Part shown: positions 34,422 through 46,557 of the stretch, in pieces
How positions within the stretch are numbered: the stretch's first letter is position 1
Layout of the letters: each line of letters begins with the position of its first letter
NCBI GenBank assembly: GCA_002269645.1
Contig: NIVC01004421.1
Coordinates: 1-46,557 of the forward strand
Length of the DNA stretch: 46,557 bases
Source of the DNA: Macrostomum lignano
Taxonomy: Eukaryota
Reading direction: 5' to 3'
Translations under genes and position numbers: made by a program
The notes under the pieces: generated by a model
What the model saw: the letters and a program-made list of their open reading frames with translations, nothing else
The model's database searches: none
What the model was told of the DNA's origin: nothing

Positions 34422-34664
34422 GTATCGCCGATCACAAACTTTCCCTATCGCGCCGTCAACGAAGCGTCTCGCAAGCTGATCTCGGCGCACGACAAGAACT
34501 TCTCCGGTCAGCGGGTGATCCGACAGCGGCACCAGCTGCGCGGCGTCCCAGTGACCGAGTGCCATTACGAGCACGACAGCAGGCTCGGCGCCTTCTTCGT
34601 GTACGGCTTCGAGAACATGCTGTACATTGAAAATCCACCCAGCGGCGGGTGCAGCCTGCTCTGA
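34422..34664 (+). CDS. SSUH2: SSUH2 homolog, exon 7 (ends in CaaX motif CSLL)
   Basis: VSPITNFP...VIRQRHQLRGVPVTECHY...FFVYGFE...CSLL stop. The seven exons total 1209 nt, or 402 aa. Confidence 0.9.
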   Translation, partial: VSPITNFPYRAVNEASRKLISAHDKNFSGQRVIRQRHQLRGVPVTECHYEHDSRLGAFFVYGFENMLYIENPPSGGCSLL

Positions 34665-35813
34665 ATGGAGACAGCAGCTGAACAATATGAAAAGCGTGAG
34701 TTGACCACAAAAATACAGTTTACTGTTGGCCGGTCTGTTGTCCTTTTAACTGTGCCAGGTTTTGATTTTTATTTTTAACTGTTTTTCCTCAATAGATTTG
34801 GCTAGGCATTCTTTCTGCTAGAAGCCTTCAAAAATACGAACGTGTCTCAGTTACTTTTTTACAGCTGATAATAACTCTGAATTCTGTGTCAATGTTCTCC
34901 CGTAGTTATCTTATTTTTGCTTCACCTAAGGCTCGTTCACGCCACTATCAATGGAAACTAGTTTTTCGTGATCGAGAAAACCCTTTGCCCCTCATTGACT
35001 TCGTCACTTTGTAGCATGAGTCGTGTGATGCGACTGCATTGGCAACGAGCCTTGGGCGTTGTAAAAATCAAGTTTTCAGTATAGAATTTGAAGTATAACG
35101 TGTACTTCCGCTTAGAGTTTTTACTCGTGTGTAGATTGAGTTCTAAAGTGCTTGAATAGAAAATTATATCTAACCAATATCTGGCCAACGTCACCTGCCG
35201 AATATTAAACACTGATAATGCAAGGACCGTTTTATGACATTGGACTATGCATACTTAACCAACTCAGTTACATGTATGTTGCTGCTAACATTAAACTGAA
35301 GTACAACGTACAAGTTCATTGGTTTCCTAATAAAATTCAGAAAGGCCTGCAAAATATTCTCAACTTTGTATTGACAGTAGAAAGTGACGAATGCTGATGA
35401 CTCTAACTGTCTAAGTTTGGCTTTTAGCGACTGAGGAGTTTCAAAATTTTACAAAAATATTTTTATATCTTTTCTCTGCGACACTGCCTTCTCTTGATCC
35501 CACTGTGGAATCCCATGCTTACTGTATTTTTTATTTCAAAAGTAGATACGTAAATAATAAATACGACGTACCTGTCAAAAATGATTTGTTTAAAATTTTA
35601 TTGTATTCATTTTCAGACCTGAATTCAACAACAGCAGCAGCTTGAATGCTTTTTTGAAAATTAAATTTAAAATTGTAACCCTTTCGGTAAGAAAATTTAA
35701 AACTTTAAAATAATTTGCAAACAAAAAAATTAAAACAAATAATATAGCCTTATAATCCGGAGTTCATTCAACAAAGGCAAATATTCGAATGGAAATGCGA
35801 CTTTCTTTATTCT

Positions 35814-38800
35814 TCATCCTATCCGGGGAGAATCAGACAGGATGTGACAGTTACTAATCATCCGGTCCGGGGTGAATCAGACAGGATGTGACAGTTACTA
35901 ATCATCCGGTCCGGGTGAATCAGACAGGATGTGACAGTTACTAATCATCCGGTCCGGGGAGAATCAGACAGGATGTGACAGTTACTAATCATCCGGTCCG
36001 GGGTGAATCAGACAGGATGTGACAGTTACTAATCATCCGGTCCGGGGTGAATCAGACAGGATGTGACAGTTACTAATCATCCGGTCCGGGGTGAATCAGA
36101 CAGGATGTGACAGTTACTAATCATCCGGTCCGGGGTGAATCAGACAGGATGTGACAGTTACTAATCATCCGGTCCGGGGTGAATCAGACAGGATGTGACA
36201 GTTACTAATCATCCGCTCCGGGGTGAATCAGACAGAATGTGACAGTTACTAATCATCCGCTCCGGGGTGAATCAGACAGAATGTGACAGTTACTAATCAT
36301 CCGCTCCGGGGTGAATCAGACAGGATGTGACAGTTACTAATCATCCGGTCCGGGGTGAATCAGACAGGATGTGACAGTTACTAATCATCCGGTCCGGGGT
36401 GAATCAGACAGGATGTGACAGTTACTAATCATCCGGTCCGGGGTGAATCAGACAGGATGTGACAGTTACTAATCATCCGCTCCGGGGTGAATCAGACAGG
36501 ATGTGACAGTTACTAATCATCCGCTCCGGGGTGAATCAGACAGGATGTGACAGTTACTAATCATCCGCTCCGGGGAGAATCAGACAGGATGTGACAGTTA
36601 CTAATCATCCGCTCCGGGGAGAATCAGACAGAATGTGACAGTTACTAATCATCCGGTCCGGGGTGAATCAGACAGGATGTGACAGTTACTAATCATCCGG
36701 TCCGGGGTGAATCAGACAGGATGTGACAGTTACTAATCATCCGGTCCGGGGTGAATCAGACAGGATGTGACAGTTACTAATCATCCGCTCCGGGGTGAAT
36801 CAGACAGGATGTGACAGTTACTAATCATCCGGTCCGGGGAGAATCAGACAGGATGTGACAGTTACTAATCATCCGGTCCGGGGTGAATCAGACAGGATGT
36901 GACAGTTACTAATCATCCGCTCCGGGGTGAATCAGACAGGATGTGACAGTTACTAATCATCCGGTCCGGGGAGAATCAGACAGGATGTGACAGTTACTAA
37001 TCATCCGGTCCGGGGTGAATCAGACAGGATGTGACAGTTACTAATCATCCGGTCCGGGATGAATCAGACAGGATGTGACAGTTACTAATCATCCGCTCCG
37101 GGGTGAATCAGACAGGATGTGACAGTTACTAATCATCCGCTCCGGGGAGAATCAGACAGGATGTGACAGTTACTAATCATCCGCTCCGGGGTGAATCAGA
37201 CAGGATGTGACAGTTACTAATCATCCGGTCCGGGGAGAATCAGACAGGATGTGACAGTTACTAATCATCCGCTGCGGGTGAATCAGACAGGATGTGACAG
37301 TTACTAATCATCCGGTCCGGGGTGAATCAGACAGGATGTGACAGTTACTAATCATCCGCTCCGGGGTGAATCAGACAGGATGTGACAGTTACTAATCATC
37401 CGCTCCGGGGTGAATCAGACAGGATGTGACAGTTACTAATCATCCGCTCCGGGGTGAATCAGACAGGATGTGACAGTTACTAATCATCCGCTCCGGGGTG
37501 AATCAGACAGATGTGACAGTTACTAATCATCCGGTCCGGGGTGAATCAGACAGGATGTGACAGTTACTAATCATCCGGTCCGGGGTGAATCAGACAGGAT
37601 GTGACAGTTACTAATCATCCGGTCCGGGGTGAATCAGACAGGATGTGACAGTTACTAATCATCCGCTCCGGGTGAATCAGACAGGATGTGACAGTTACTA
37701 ATCATCCGCTCCGGGGTGAATCAGACAGGATGTGACAGTTACTAATCATCCGCTCCGGGGAGAATCAGACAGGATGTGACAGTTACTAATCATCCGCTCC
37801 GGGGTGAATCAGACAGAATGTGACAGTTACTAATCATCCGGTCCGGGGTGAATCAGACAGAATGTGACAGTTACTAATCATCCGGTCCGGGGTGAATCAG
37901 ACAGGATGTGACAGTTACTAATCATCCGCTCCGGGGAGAATCAGACAGGATGTGACAGTTACTAATCATCCGGTCCGGGGTGAATCAGACAGGATGTGAC
38001 AGTTACTAATCATCCGGTCCGGGGTGAATCAGACAGGATGTGACAGTTACTAATCATCCGGTCCGGGGTGAATCAGACAGGATGTGACAGTTACTAATCA
38101 TCCGGTCCGGGGTGAATCAGACAGGATGTGACAGTTACTAATCATCCGCTCCGGGGTGAATCAGACAGGATGTGACAGTTACTAATCATCCGCTCCGGGG
38201 TGAATCAGACAGGATGTGACAGTTACTAATCATCCGCTCCGGGGAGAATCAGACAGGATGTGACAGTTACTAATCATCCGCTCCGGGGTGAATCAGACAG
38301 AATGTGACAGTTACTAATCATCCGGTCCGGGGTGAATCAGACAGGATGTGACAGTTACTAATCATCCGGTCCGGGGTGAATCAGACAGGATGTGACAGTT
38401 ACTAATCATCCGGTCCGGGGTGAATCAGACAGGATGTGACAGTTACTAATCATCCGCTCCGGGGTGAATCAGACAGGATGTGACAGTTACTAATCATCCG
38501 GTCCGGGGAGAATCAGACAGGATGTGACAGTTACTAATCATCCGGTCCGGGGTGAATCAGACAGGATGTGACAGTTACTAATCATCCGCTCCGGGGTGAA
38601 TCAGACAGGATGTGACAGTTACTAATCATCCGGTCCGGGGAGAATCAGACAGGATGTGACAGTTACTAATCATCCGGTCCGGGGTGAATCAGACAGGATG
38701 TGACAGTTACTAATCATCCGGTCCGGGGTGAATCAGACAGGATGTGACAGTTACTAATCATCCGCTCCGGGGTGAATCAGACAGGATGTGACAGTTACTA

Positions 38801-39483
38801 ATCATCCGCTCCGGGGAGAATCAGACAGGATGTGACAGTTACTAATCATCCGCTCCGGGGTGAATCAGACAGGATGTGACAGTTACTAATCATCCGGTCC
38901 GGGGTGAATCAGACAGGATGTGACAGTTACTAATCATCCGCTGCGGGGTGAATCAGACAGGATGTGACAGTTACTAATCATCCGGTCCGGGGTGAATCAG
39001 ACAGGATGTGACAGTTACTAATCATCCGGTCCGGGGTGAATCAGACAGGATGTGACAGTTACTAATCATCCGGTCCGGGGTGAATCAGACAGGATGTGAC
39101 AGTTACTAATCATCCGTTCCGGGGAGAATCAGACAGGATGTGACAGTTACTAATCATCCGCTCCGGGGTGAATCAGACAGAATGTGACAGTTACTAATCA
39201 TCCGGTCCGGGGTGAATCAGACAGGATGTGACAGTTACTAATCATCCGTTCCGGGGAGAATCAGACAGGATGTGACAGTTACTAATCATCCGGTCCGGGG
39301 TGAATCAGACAGGATGTGACAGTTACTAATCATCCAGTCCGGGGTGAATCAGACAGGATGTGACAGTTACTAATCATCCGGTCCGGGGTGAATCAGACAG
39401 GATGTGACAGTTACTAATCATCCGGTCCGGGGTGAATCAGACAGGATGTGACAGTTACTAATCATCCGGTCCGGGGAGAATCA
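35814..39483. repeat. 44-bp satellite, about 83 near-identical copies
   Basis: Unit aatcatccggtccggggtgaatcagacaggatgtgacagttact; period 44 at 36001/36045. Confidence 0.98.
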
Positions 39484-39487
39484 TACA

Positions 39488-39670
39488 TGATTACAGAATT
39501 ACAGAATAACAGGTAGAATTACAGAGTTACAAGTAGAATTACAGAGTTACAAGTAGAATTACAGAGTTACAAGTATAATTGCAGAGTTACAAGTATAATT
39601 GCAGAGTTACAAGTATAATTGCAGAATTAGAGGTAGAATTACAGAACTACGGGTAGAAAATAGTTACAAC
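39488..39670. repeat. 20-bp tandem repeat, about 8-9 copies, abutting the 44-bp array
   Basis: Unit gaattacagagttacaagta; period 20 at 39516/39536. Confidence 0.9.
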
Positions 39671-41025
39671 TTATAACCGGAGGCCTATTGGTCCGCGCGA
39701 TACCCGGCCGTCGGAAGACAAGAGAAAAGCCCGACCACAAGGCTTTAAGACTAAAAAAAAGAAGAACCGAGAAAACCAAGTGTAAAAAAACAGCTGGGAC
39801 TACAAGAACTGCTGAGAACTGATGTGTAATCAATTATTATTACTATTATTCAGTTGAGCAAGTTTGATAAAGAAGAAATCTTAAGGAACACCAGCGCCGA
39901 CCAGCAGGCAGACGATAAATTTGAGGCTTTTAAAGCAATCAGCCGCCCAAAGGTAGCTCGTAACGGGTACCTGCCTGACAAAGAGAGACAGTAAAACAGC
40001 CCATTTTACGAGTATGTTATTGTGTACCTGAATACGTACCGTATTTGTGTGCTCAGGGGACTGAGTAACGCTCGTTTGTGGTCGTCTTGAATCACAGCAG
40101 TTCCCACCAGCCCTCCTGTAGAGCGTAGTACCGACAGTCCCACGCACGTACACAGTAATATATTTCGAGCTTAGACTCAAATAAAAACACAAACTCTAGG
40201 GCCGAGAAAGGAGCAAGTTAAATGACTTGTTTTGGATTTATAAAGCCTCAAAAAGTATGACACAGCATCATTAATTTAGTCAGAAATGCACAGATCAGAT
40301 CAGCGAAAATAAAACGCCTAAATTAGTGGCAATAAACGCATATTACTTCTCGCAGAGTAATTACCAAAACAAATTTACTTATGCCTCATTCTCTTATAGT
40401 CTTCTGATATAATTTAGCCAGCATTCCGCTCCGAAACCCTTGCTGAGTAATAACAAGGTAGAAGTTGCTTTTAAAAGACGAACTACCCTGTCTGTGTATG
40501 GTGGGTTAGTATGGAAAAGGGAATTCTCAACTGGCTATAAATAGAATTACACAGAATGTACGCTCTCGCGTGCGTACAGCCCCCAGTTACGAGTTAGAAG
40601 GAGCTAAAATGTACGTAGGTAGACAGATCACACGTTTCTCTGGCCTATGTAATATGCACAGCCAACATGGAACTAAAAACTAGATGGCTCTTTTAGAGCT
40701 CTTGGTATTACATTTTTTAACTTTTTGCTTTCTTAAATAATAACACAGCAGAACTAGGAACTGCTCCGGTAAGTTAATTATAGTGAATAAAACTTTGCAT
40801 ATCCGCTTTACTTAAAAACGTACACCTTATGTACAAACGGCTAGATATGGATTAAAGTTATAAGTAGAACAGACACCAGAATCACGGATTTTAGATTTCA
40901 CCTCTCTTAATTGTAACAAGAAATGCTTACTGTAGCGAGCGACTTGGTATTGAGTATCTACCAGGATTCTGGGACTATTTTCATAGCGACTACCATGAAT
41001 TTGAAATAAACTTTCTCTCTTTCAG

Positions 41026-44000
41026 ACAAAGAAGCACCCACTCCATCAAATATGGAGGAACTCAAGCCCATGCTGATGGAGCTGGGCAGCATGTTTGCTG
41101 CTCTGCAGTCCATGCAGGCTGGCGAAGGACTTCCCCGACAATTCGTCGAGCAAATGGAACGGCGGAGTAGAGAGTTGAACCTTCCGGATAACCCCCAGGA
41201 ATTAAAAGCTAGGATGAAAGAAGAGCAAAGGAAAATGAAAGCGAATTTTAAAAAGCTTAAAGCTGCGGCACAGAAAGGGAGTAGCGAGACGGATTCATCA
41301 TCCGAAAGCTCCGACAGCGAAGATGAGACTGAAGTGAATGCAGAAATTGGTGCATTCTTAGGCGCAGCTGCGCTAGGCAATGTGGGATTTTGCAGCATGA
41401 TGCTACAGAAAGGGGTCGATGTGAATGCTCGAGGTCAGAAAAGCACTACCGCACTTCACGCAGCCACTCATGAAGACAAATCTGATGTAGTTAACCTGCT
41501 GCTATCCAGAGGTGCCGACGTCAATGCCGCTGACAGCGATGGAGACACGCCGCTTATGCTCGCAATAATGAAGAAGCACAGGCCACTCATCCGACTTCTG
41601 GTTGAACGCGGAACAAATTTGCAATGGAGGAATAAGAAAGGCTTTACTGCAGCAGATTTGGCCTTCATTGCTGAAGATCTTGAGTCCTTAGATCTGATAC
41701 AAGAGCGAGAAAGATCTCTTCAATTCGACTGCAAAGTTCACAACGAATCGATACTATCCTTTGCGCAGAAGGGCTCGACGAAGATGATTGAATATTGGCT
41801 GACCAACTATCCGCAGACAGACGACGTCAAGCCATGTGACCTTCAGTATAAAGACGGTCGTACTATCGCTTTCACGGCCGCCCTTAACGGATCTGAAGAG
41901 CTTCTGGTCCTAGTTGACAGTCTAGATGCGGACCTTGACCTGCCAGACAATTCGAACAGCTCTCCACTTTTCTGCGCAGCTCAGAATGGCTACGACAGCA
42001 TCGTCAGAATGCTGATCGATAAAGGATGCGACGTGAACAGAGTTCGGGACACAGGCAGAACCGCTCTTTTCTCTGCCATCGTCAATAGCCATGAAAAGAT
42101 TGTAAGAATTCTCGTTGAAGCAGGCGCGAACTTTAATATCAAGGACAAGACGGGAACGTGCCCGCTAGCCTGCTCAATTGTTTGCGGCTCCCAGGAGATC
42201 TTTGACTATTTGCTTGTCGAGAAGGAAGCTGACTGCAGCGTAATCGATGAAAGCGGCAATGATCTAGTTCTAATTGCAGCTCTCTATAAAAGGTTCCAAA
42301 TGCTACAGCAGCTGCACCAGCGTGGGCTGCCCTTGGACGCTGTGAATAATAAAGATGGAGAGACTGCTCTGCTGTCTGCCTGTCAAGTACGCTGCCCCGA
42401 GATGGTGGAGTATCTGGCTGATCGTGAGTGCAATGTGAATGTAGTTAATAAGAATGGAGTCACTCCTGTCCTGAGAGCCAGCTTCAACAACGACCTTGCT
42501 ACGGTGAAGGTTTTAGCGAAACGAAAAGCCCAGCTTGATGTGCCAAATAAGCGAGGAGAGACTGCCATCCTGGTTTCTGCGCAGAAGAAGTCACTGCCTC
42601 TGGTTGAGTATCTGTACAAAAAACACTGCGACATCAATGTGATAGACAAAAACGGACACACACTGGCGTACTACGCAGCAACGACCGACAACATGGAGAT
42701 GCTGCACGCTCTGATTCGGTACTCCGCACCCCTCGACTGCCAGGACAAAAAAGGAAATACGCCTCTGATGATCGCAGCAATGAAGCCTGCAAACTTGAAG
42801 ATGTTGCAAATACTTGTAAAAAACAAATGCAACGTAGAGACTAGAAACAATGCTGGAAACACAGCCTGCAGTATCGCTGCAAAGCAAGGAAGCTTGGATG
42901 TTTTGCAGTACTTGGACTCGATTGGTGAAGAGCTGGTGAATATTACGAAAAAAGGAAAGACAATCATCATGCAAGCGTCGAAACGAAACCAACTCGCTGT
43001 TCTTCGTCTTATAAAAGCGTCAGAGAAGGCAATGAGCGACTTGGAAGCAACTTGTGATTTAGGGAGAACAGCGGTACATTACGCAGCTGTCGGTGGGCAC
43101 ACTGAAGCTGTCGACTTTCTGTCAAACGAGATGCATGCTGAGACGGATGCCAAAGATTTTCAAGGCAATACACCATTTATGCTAGCTGTTCAAAAAAAGC
43201 ATAAAGAGGTGGCAGAGAAGCTCTACGATTTGGGAGCAGATGCCAATATTCGAAACAACGGAGGCGAAAATGCTGCCCACTTGGCAGTGCAAGCGGAATC
43301 ACTAGAACTACTTAGGTTCCTTGATCAGAAAGGATGTTTTTTAGATCAAGAAGACAAGTCAGGGAAAACGCCGCTCATGCTGGCATGTGAAAAGAAAAAG
43401 ATGGCTCTCATTAACTTTCTGCTGGCAAGAAACTGTTTTCCTAAGTCATTCTCCAAAGATGGCCGTCAGGTGATTCATGTAGCCTGCGAATCCGGTAAGG
43501 CTCATATTGCAAAGCGGTTCATTGATCTAGGTGTTCCCGTGCATGCCGCTGATTCAAGTGGAATCTCAACGCTTATGCTCGCAGCTCAGTCGGGATCCAG
43601 TGAAATCATTGAGGCTTTGATCACTCGAAAGCAGCAGTTAGTCGAAATGAAAGATATCTTTGGCAAGTCAGCACTCGAGTACGCAATCGTTTGGGACCAG
43701 GAAAAAGTTATCGACCAGCTGATTGATGCTGGCTGCAACGTAGACAATCAACAAAAAGACGGTCGAACTCCGCTGATGTTAGCAATTGCGTCTACTTCAA
43801 AGAGTGCTGATGAGGTGGTGCAGACACTCATTGAGCATGGGTGCAGCGTGGACGCCGTCGCTGAGGACGGATTCAATGCTGCTCATGTAGCTTGCAAATA
43901 TAATAAGTTGCAAGTTTTGAAAGTTTTAATGGAAAAAGGCGTGTCGATTGAGAGTCTAACCAAATCAAGCGATTCCTGCTTGACGCTAGCCGTACCAAAA

Positions 44001-46180
44001 GGAAGTGCAGAGCTGATTGGCTTGCTCGTGGATGCTGGACTCAGTAAAAGCCACATCAACTGTGAAGGCCACTCGGCGGTCTCTCTTGGATACCAGAGGG
44101 GCAACGAAGAGGTTCTGTCTAAACTTTTGCCGGTGAGCGATTCCGATGTTTCAAACAAATATGCCAACGGAAACACTTTGCTGCACTTGGCATGCGAAGG
44201 AGGTTTGAAGAAGCTGATTGAAAGCCTACTCGACCGAGATCCAACTCTTTTGGAAGCCAAGAACAGTAAGCTCGAGACTCCAGTTCATGTGGCATCCCGC
44301 TGCTCAAAGCTTGAATTAGTTGACTTGCTGCTTCAGCGGGGGGCAGACATTAATTCGGCGGACGAGATGGGCGAGACGCCTCTATTCATGGCTATTTCTG
44401 CAGGCAATTTTACGATTTGCAAATCGATTTTGGACAAAAAACCTGATTTGAGTCTTTTGAACTCAGAAGGAGTGTCCGCTATGGCTAAGGCCTATCACAA
44501 AGGCAAGACGTCAATTATCCGACTGCTTCAAGCGGAGGAGGCCCCCCTTTTTCCAGAGAAGCTCCCAGCATCGTTTGAGGTATTTCGAACAAATCTTCTT
44601 CAAATGAAGTTTAAAAATCTAAACGAACTTTTGAATGCCGGTTTATCGATTGACCGCCTCGAGAAGGACTGGCACCTGCTGCATCTAGGAATTGAGACGA
44701 GTCGCAGCGAGCTCATCACCGAACTGCTCAACCGGGGTGCCAGTGTTATTGTGAAAGACGAACGAGGCAACACGCCGCTCCTAAGCGCTGTCATTTTCGG
44801 TAGGATTGACGTTGCTAGACAAATATTAGAAAAGCACCCAGAGACAAAAAATGACGTTAACAATAAAGGTGACACAGTTTTGCACATCGCTGCTAAAAAG
44901 AATAAACTCAGCACTTTGAGTTGGCTTCTGACGAGTTTTGACTTTGAGAAAAACGTGCGAAACAAACAAGGACAAACTGCTCTTCACATTGCGGCGTCGA
45001 AGGGCAATGTGAAAATGTACGAGCTCTTAGTCCAGAAGGGCTTTGACTCTGCACTTATTCTTGAGGAAGAGCAAAAAAAATATCGAGTAAGCCATATTTC
45101 AGCTATGTCGAACAGCATGAGCTTGCTCAGACACCTTCGTGCAAAAGGCGAGTTGTCGATTCAATTTTCTAAGAAGACACCCTCAGTCTTTGAAATTCTT
45201 GCTTTTCAAGGACAACTGAAGGTTTTGCAACAACTATGCAACGAAACGGGCCAAAACTATGAGGATGAGAACTTTTTCGGTGCCAGAAACATGGCGTTCT
45301 TTACTGGTCACGAGGCCATGTGCACATGGATGATAAATGTGAGAGTCGATCTGGATCGCCCAGATAGGGACGGTGAGACTCCTATTTCTCGGTCAGTTGT
45401 GGGAGGCAATTTTCATCTTTGCCGAGAGCTCATTGAAAAAGTTAAATGCGATTTGTCAGTTACAACAAATCACGGTGTCAGCTTAGTGCAAAAGGCAGTA
45501 GTGGCTAATCATGAGCCAATCCTGCGGTACTTAATTCAGAGAAATGCATCCATTGAGGAGGCGGACAATGATGGGGATACACCTCTTCTTGAAGCAGTGA
45601 ATCTAGAAAAAACAAGGCTTACCTTGGTTCTTCACAGCGAATACAAATGCGACCTGAAGAGAACCAACAGACTCAATCGCAATGCTGCCCATGTGGGTGC
45701 GATTGCGGGGAACCTTGAAAATTTAAAATACTTGAAGCAAAACTTGCCTGCCGAATTATTTGATGCCTCTGACTTGCATTGTGATACACCCCTGATGCTT
45801 TCGGTACTTCACGAAAAAACTGATGCCTTCAGCTATCTGTTGGAAAACTTCGCTTTGGATGTGAACCATCAGAATGAGACTAAGAGTAGCGCTCTTCACT
45901 GGGCTGCTCAGAAATCTAATTTGACTGCAGTTCGAGGTTTGCTATCGAATAATGCCGCAGTGGATTTGCTGGACAAAGATGGCGTGACACCGTTAATGCT
46001 GGCGGTAAAAGCAAAGTCAACGGAGTGTGCCAAAGCACTGCTAGATAGTGGAGCTTCTTTGACGGCGAAAAATAGGTACGGAGACAGTGCGCTAGCTCTC
46101 ATGCTCCACTCGGATGATGGCAAGATGAAGGATCTCGGTAGAGAGCTTCATGGTGGCAGCCACATGGATGTGACAAACAG
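41026..46180 (+). CDS. Large ankyrin-repeat protein, giant coding exon (roughly 40 ANK repeats by length)
   Basis: The 1710-codon ORF 41052-46184 has recurring G-x-T-(P/A)-L-(H/M)-x-A motifs (e.g. GDTPLMLA, GRTALFSA, GNTPLMIA, GQTALHIA, GVTPLMLA) after a helical/acidic N-terminus. It is bounded by a pyrimidine-rich acceptor tttcag| at 41025 and by AG|gtaaca at 46180. Confidence 0.92.
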
Positions 46181-46246
46181 GTAACATCCTGTGGCTACTT
46201 AATAATAATCTTCCATAAATGCACAAACGTATCGATTACATTTTAG

Positions 46247-46283
46247 GCTAACAACAATTGAGTCACTGGGCCATTTGACGGAG
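46247..46283 (+). CDS. Putative downstream exon of the ankyrin gene
   Basis: ttttag|G matches the phase-2 donor at 46180. It reads (R)LTTIESLGHLTE and is followed by GTAAGT. Confidence 0.55.
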
Positions 46284-46319
46284 GTAAGTTGCCACTACTA
46301 TGATCATTTCCCTGATCAG

Positions 46320-46557
46320 CGACCTCAAGAGTCAGACGAAGAAGAGGATGAGCCGGAAGATTTCGCACAAGTTGCGCCACGGCGGGTCACACAAAGGCGG
46401 CTGACAACCTCAGTCATCAGCTACCAGTCGAGCATATCTCTAACCTCCATGGCACAACAGTTTGGTTTTGAGCAGTTGGCGGGTCATGCAAGCAAGGGCA
46501 TGCTGAATTTTATGGATGATTGCTTTCTGGTGATTTCAAAATCTCCTGGCTGTCATA
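46320..46557 (+). CDS. Putative further exon of the ankyrin gene, open to the window edge
   Basis: gatcag|CGA in phase 0; RPQESDEEEDEPEDF...MLNFMDDCFL, with no stop before 46557 and a possible donor at CTG|gtgatt. Confidence 0.5.

Noticed and set aside
35814-39483. CRISPR-like array
   Set aside because: The units are contiguous with no unique spacers, there are no cas genes, and the context is eukaryotic. The same applies to the other arrays.
35814-39483. Hammerhead ribozyme in the satellite unit, as in some animal satellites
   Set aside because: No CTGANGA...GAAA core was found on either strand of the 44-mer.
40958-46123. Minus-strand ORFs within the ankyrin exon, and similar ones over SSUH2 and the EF-hand exons
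   Set aside because: Antisense shadows of the real coding frames.

Overview
Eukaryotic genomic DNA, most likely from an invertebrate animal: GT-AG introns, an SSUH2 gene, TTAGGG motifs, GC-rich exons and AT-rich, repeat-filled introns. The species cannot be determined from the sequence. Left to right: (1) an intron-containing KDZ (Kyakuja-Dileera-Zisupton) transposase on the minus strand (896-3405) with two apparent 1-nt deletions; (2) a 4.8-kb CpG-rich higher-order satellite (6086-10848) followed by an inverted remnant of its own monomer and a GC-rich hairpin cluster; (3) a 28-bp minisatellite and a 177-bp hAT-like MITE with an 8-bp target-site duplication; (4) a two-exon, four-EF-hand calmodulin-like gene (26941-26618 spliced to 15454-14975) whose 11.2-kb intron holds an 18-bp repeat, a 3.5-kb 23-bp satellite, a tRNA-like fragment and four head-to-tail ~1.24-kb units, each carrying (TTAGGG)3-4, that look like non-autonomous rolling-circle elements; (5) a second calmodulin-like paralog (29495-28658) with the same intron position and a 1-nt deletion in EF-hand 3; (6) a seven-exon SSUH2 homolog (31427-34664, 402 aa, ending in CSLL); (7) a 3.7-kb homogeneous 44-bp satellite abutting a 20-bp repeat; (8) a 5.15-kb ankyrin-repeat exon (41026-46180) of a gene that appears to splice on past the ORF stop and run off the window. 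Most ORFs in the supplied track are artefacts of the tandem repeats or antisense shadows. All family calls come from motif recognition by eye; no searches were run.
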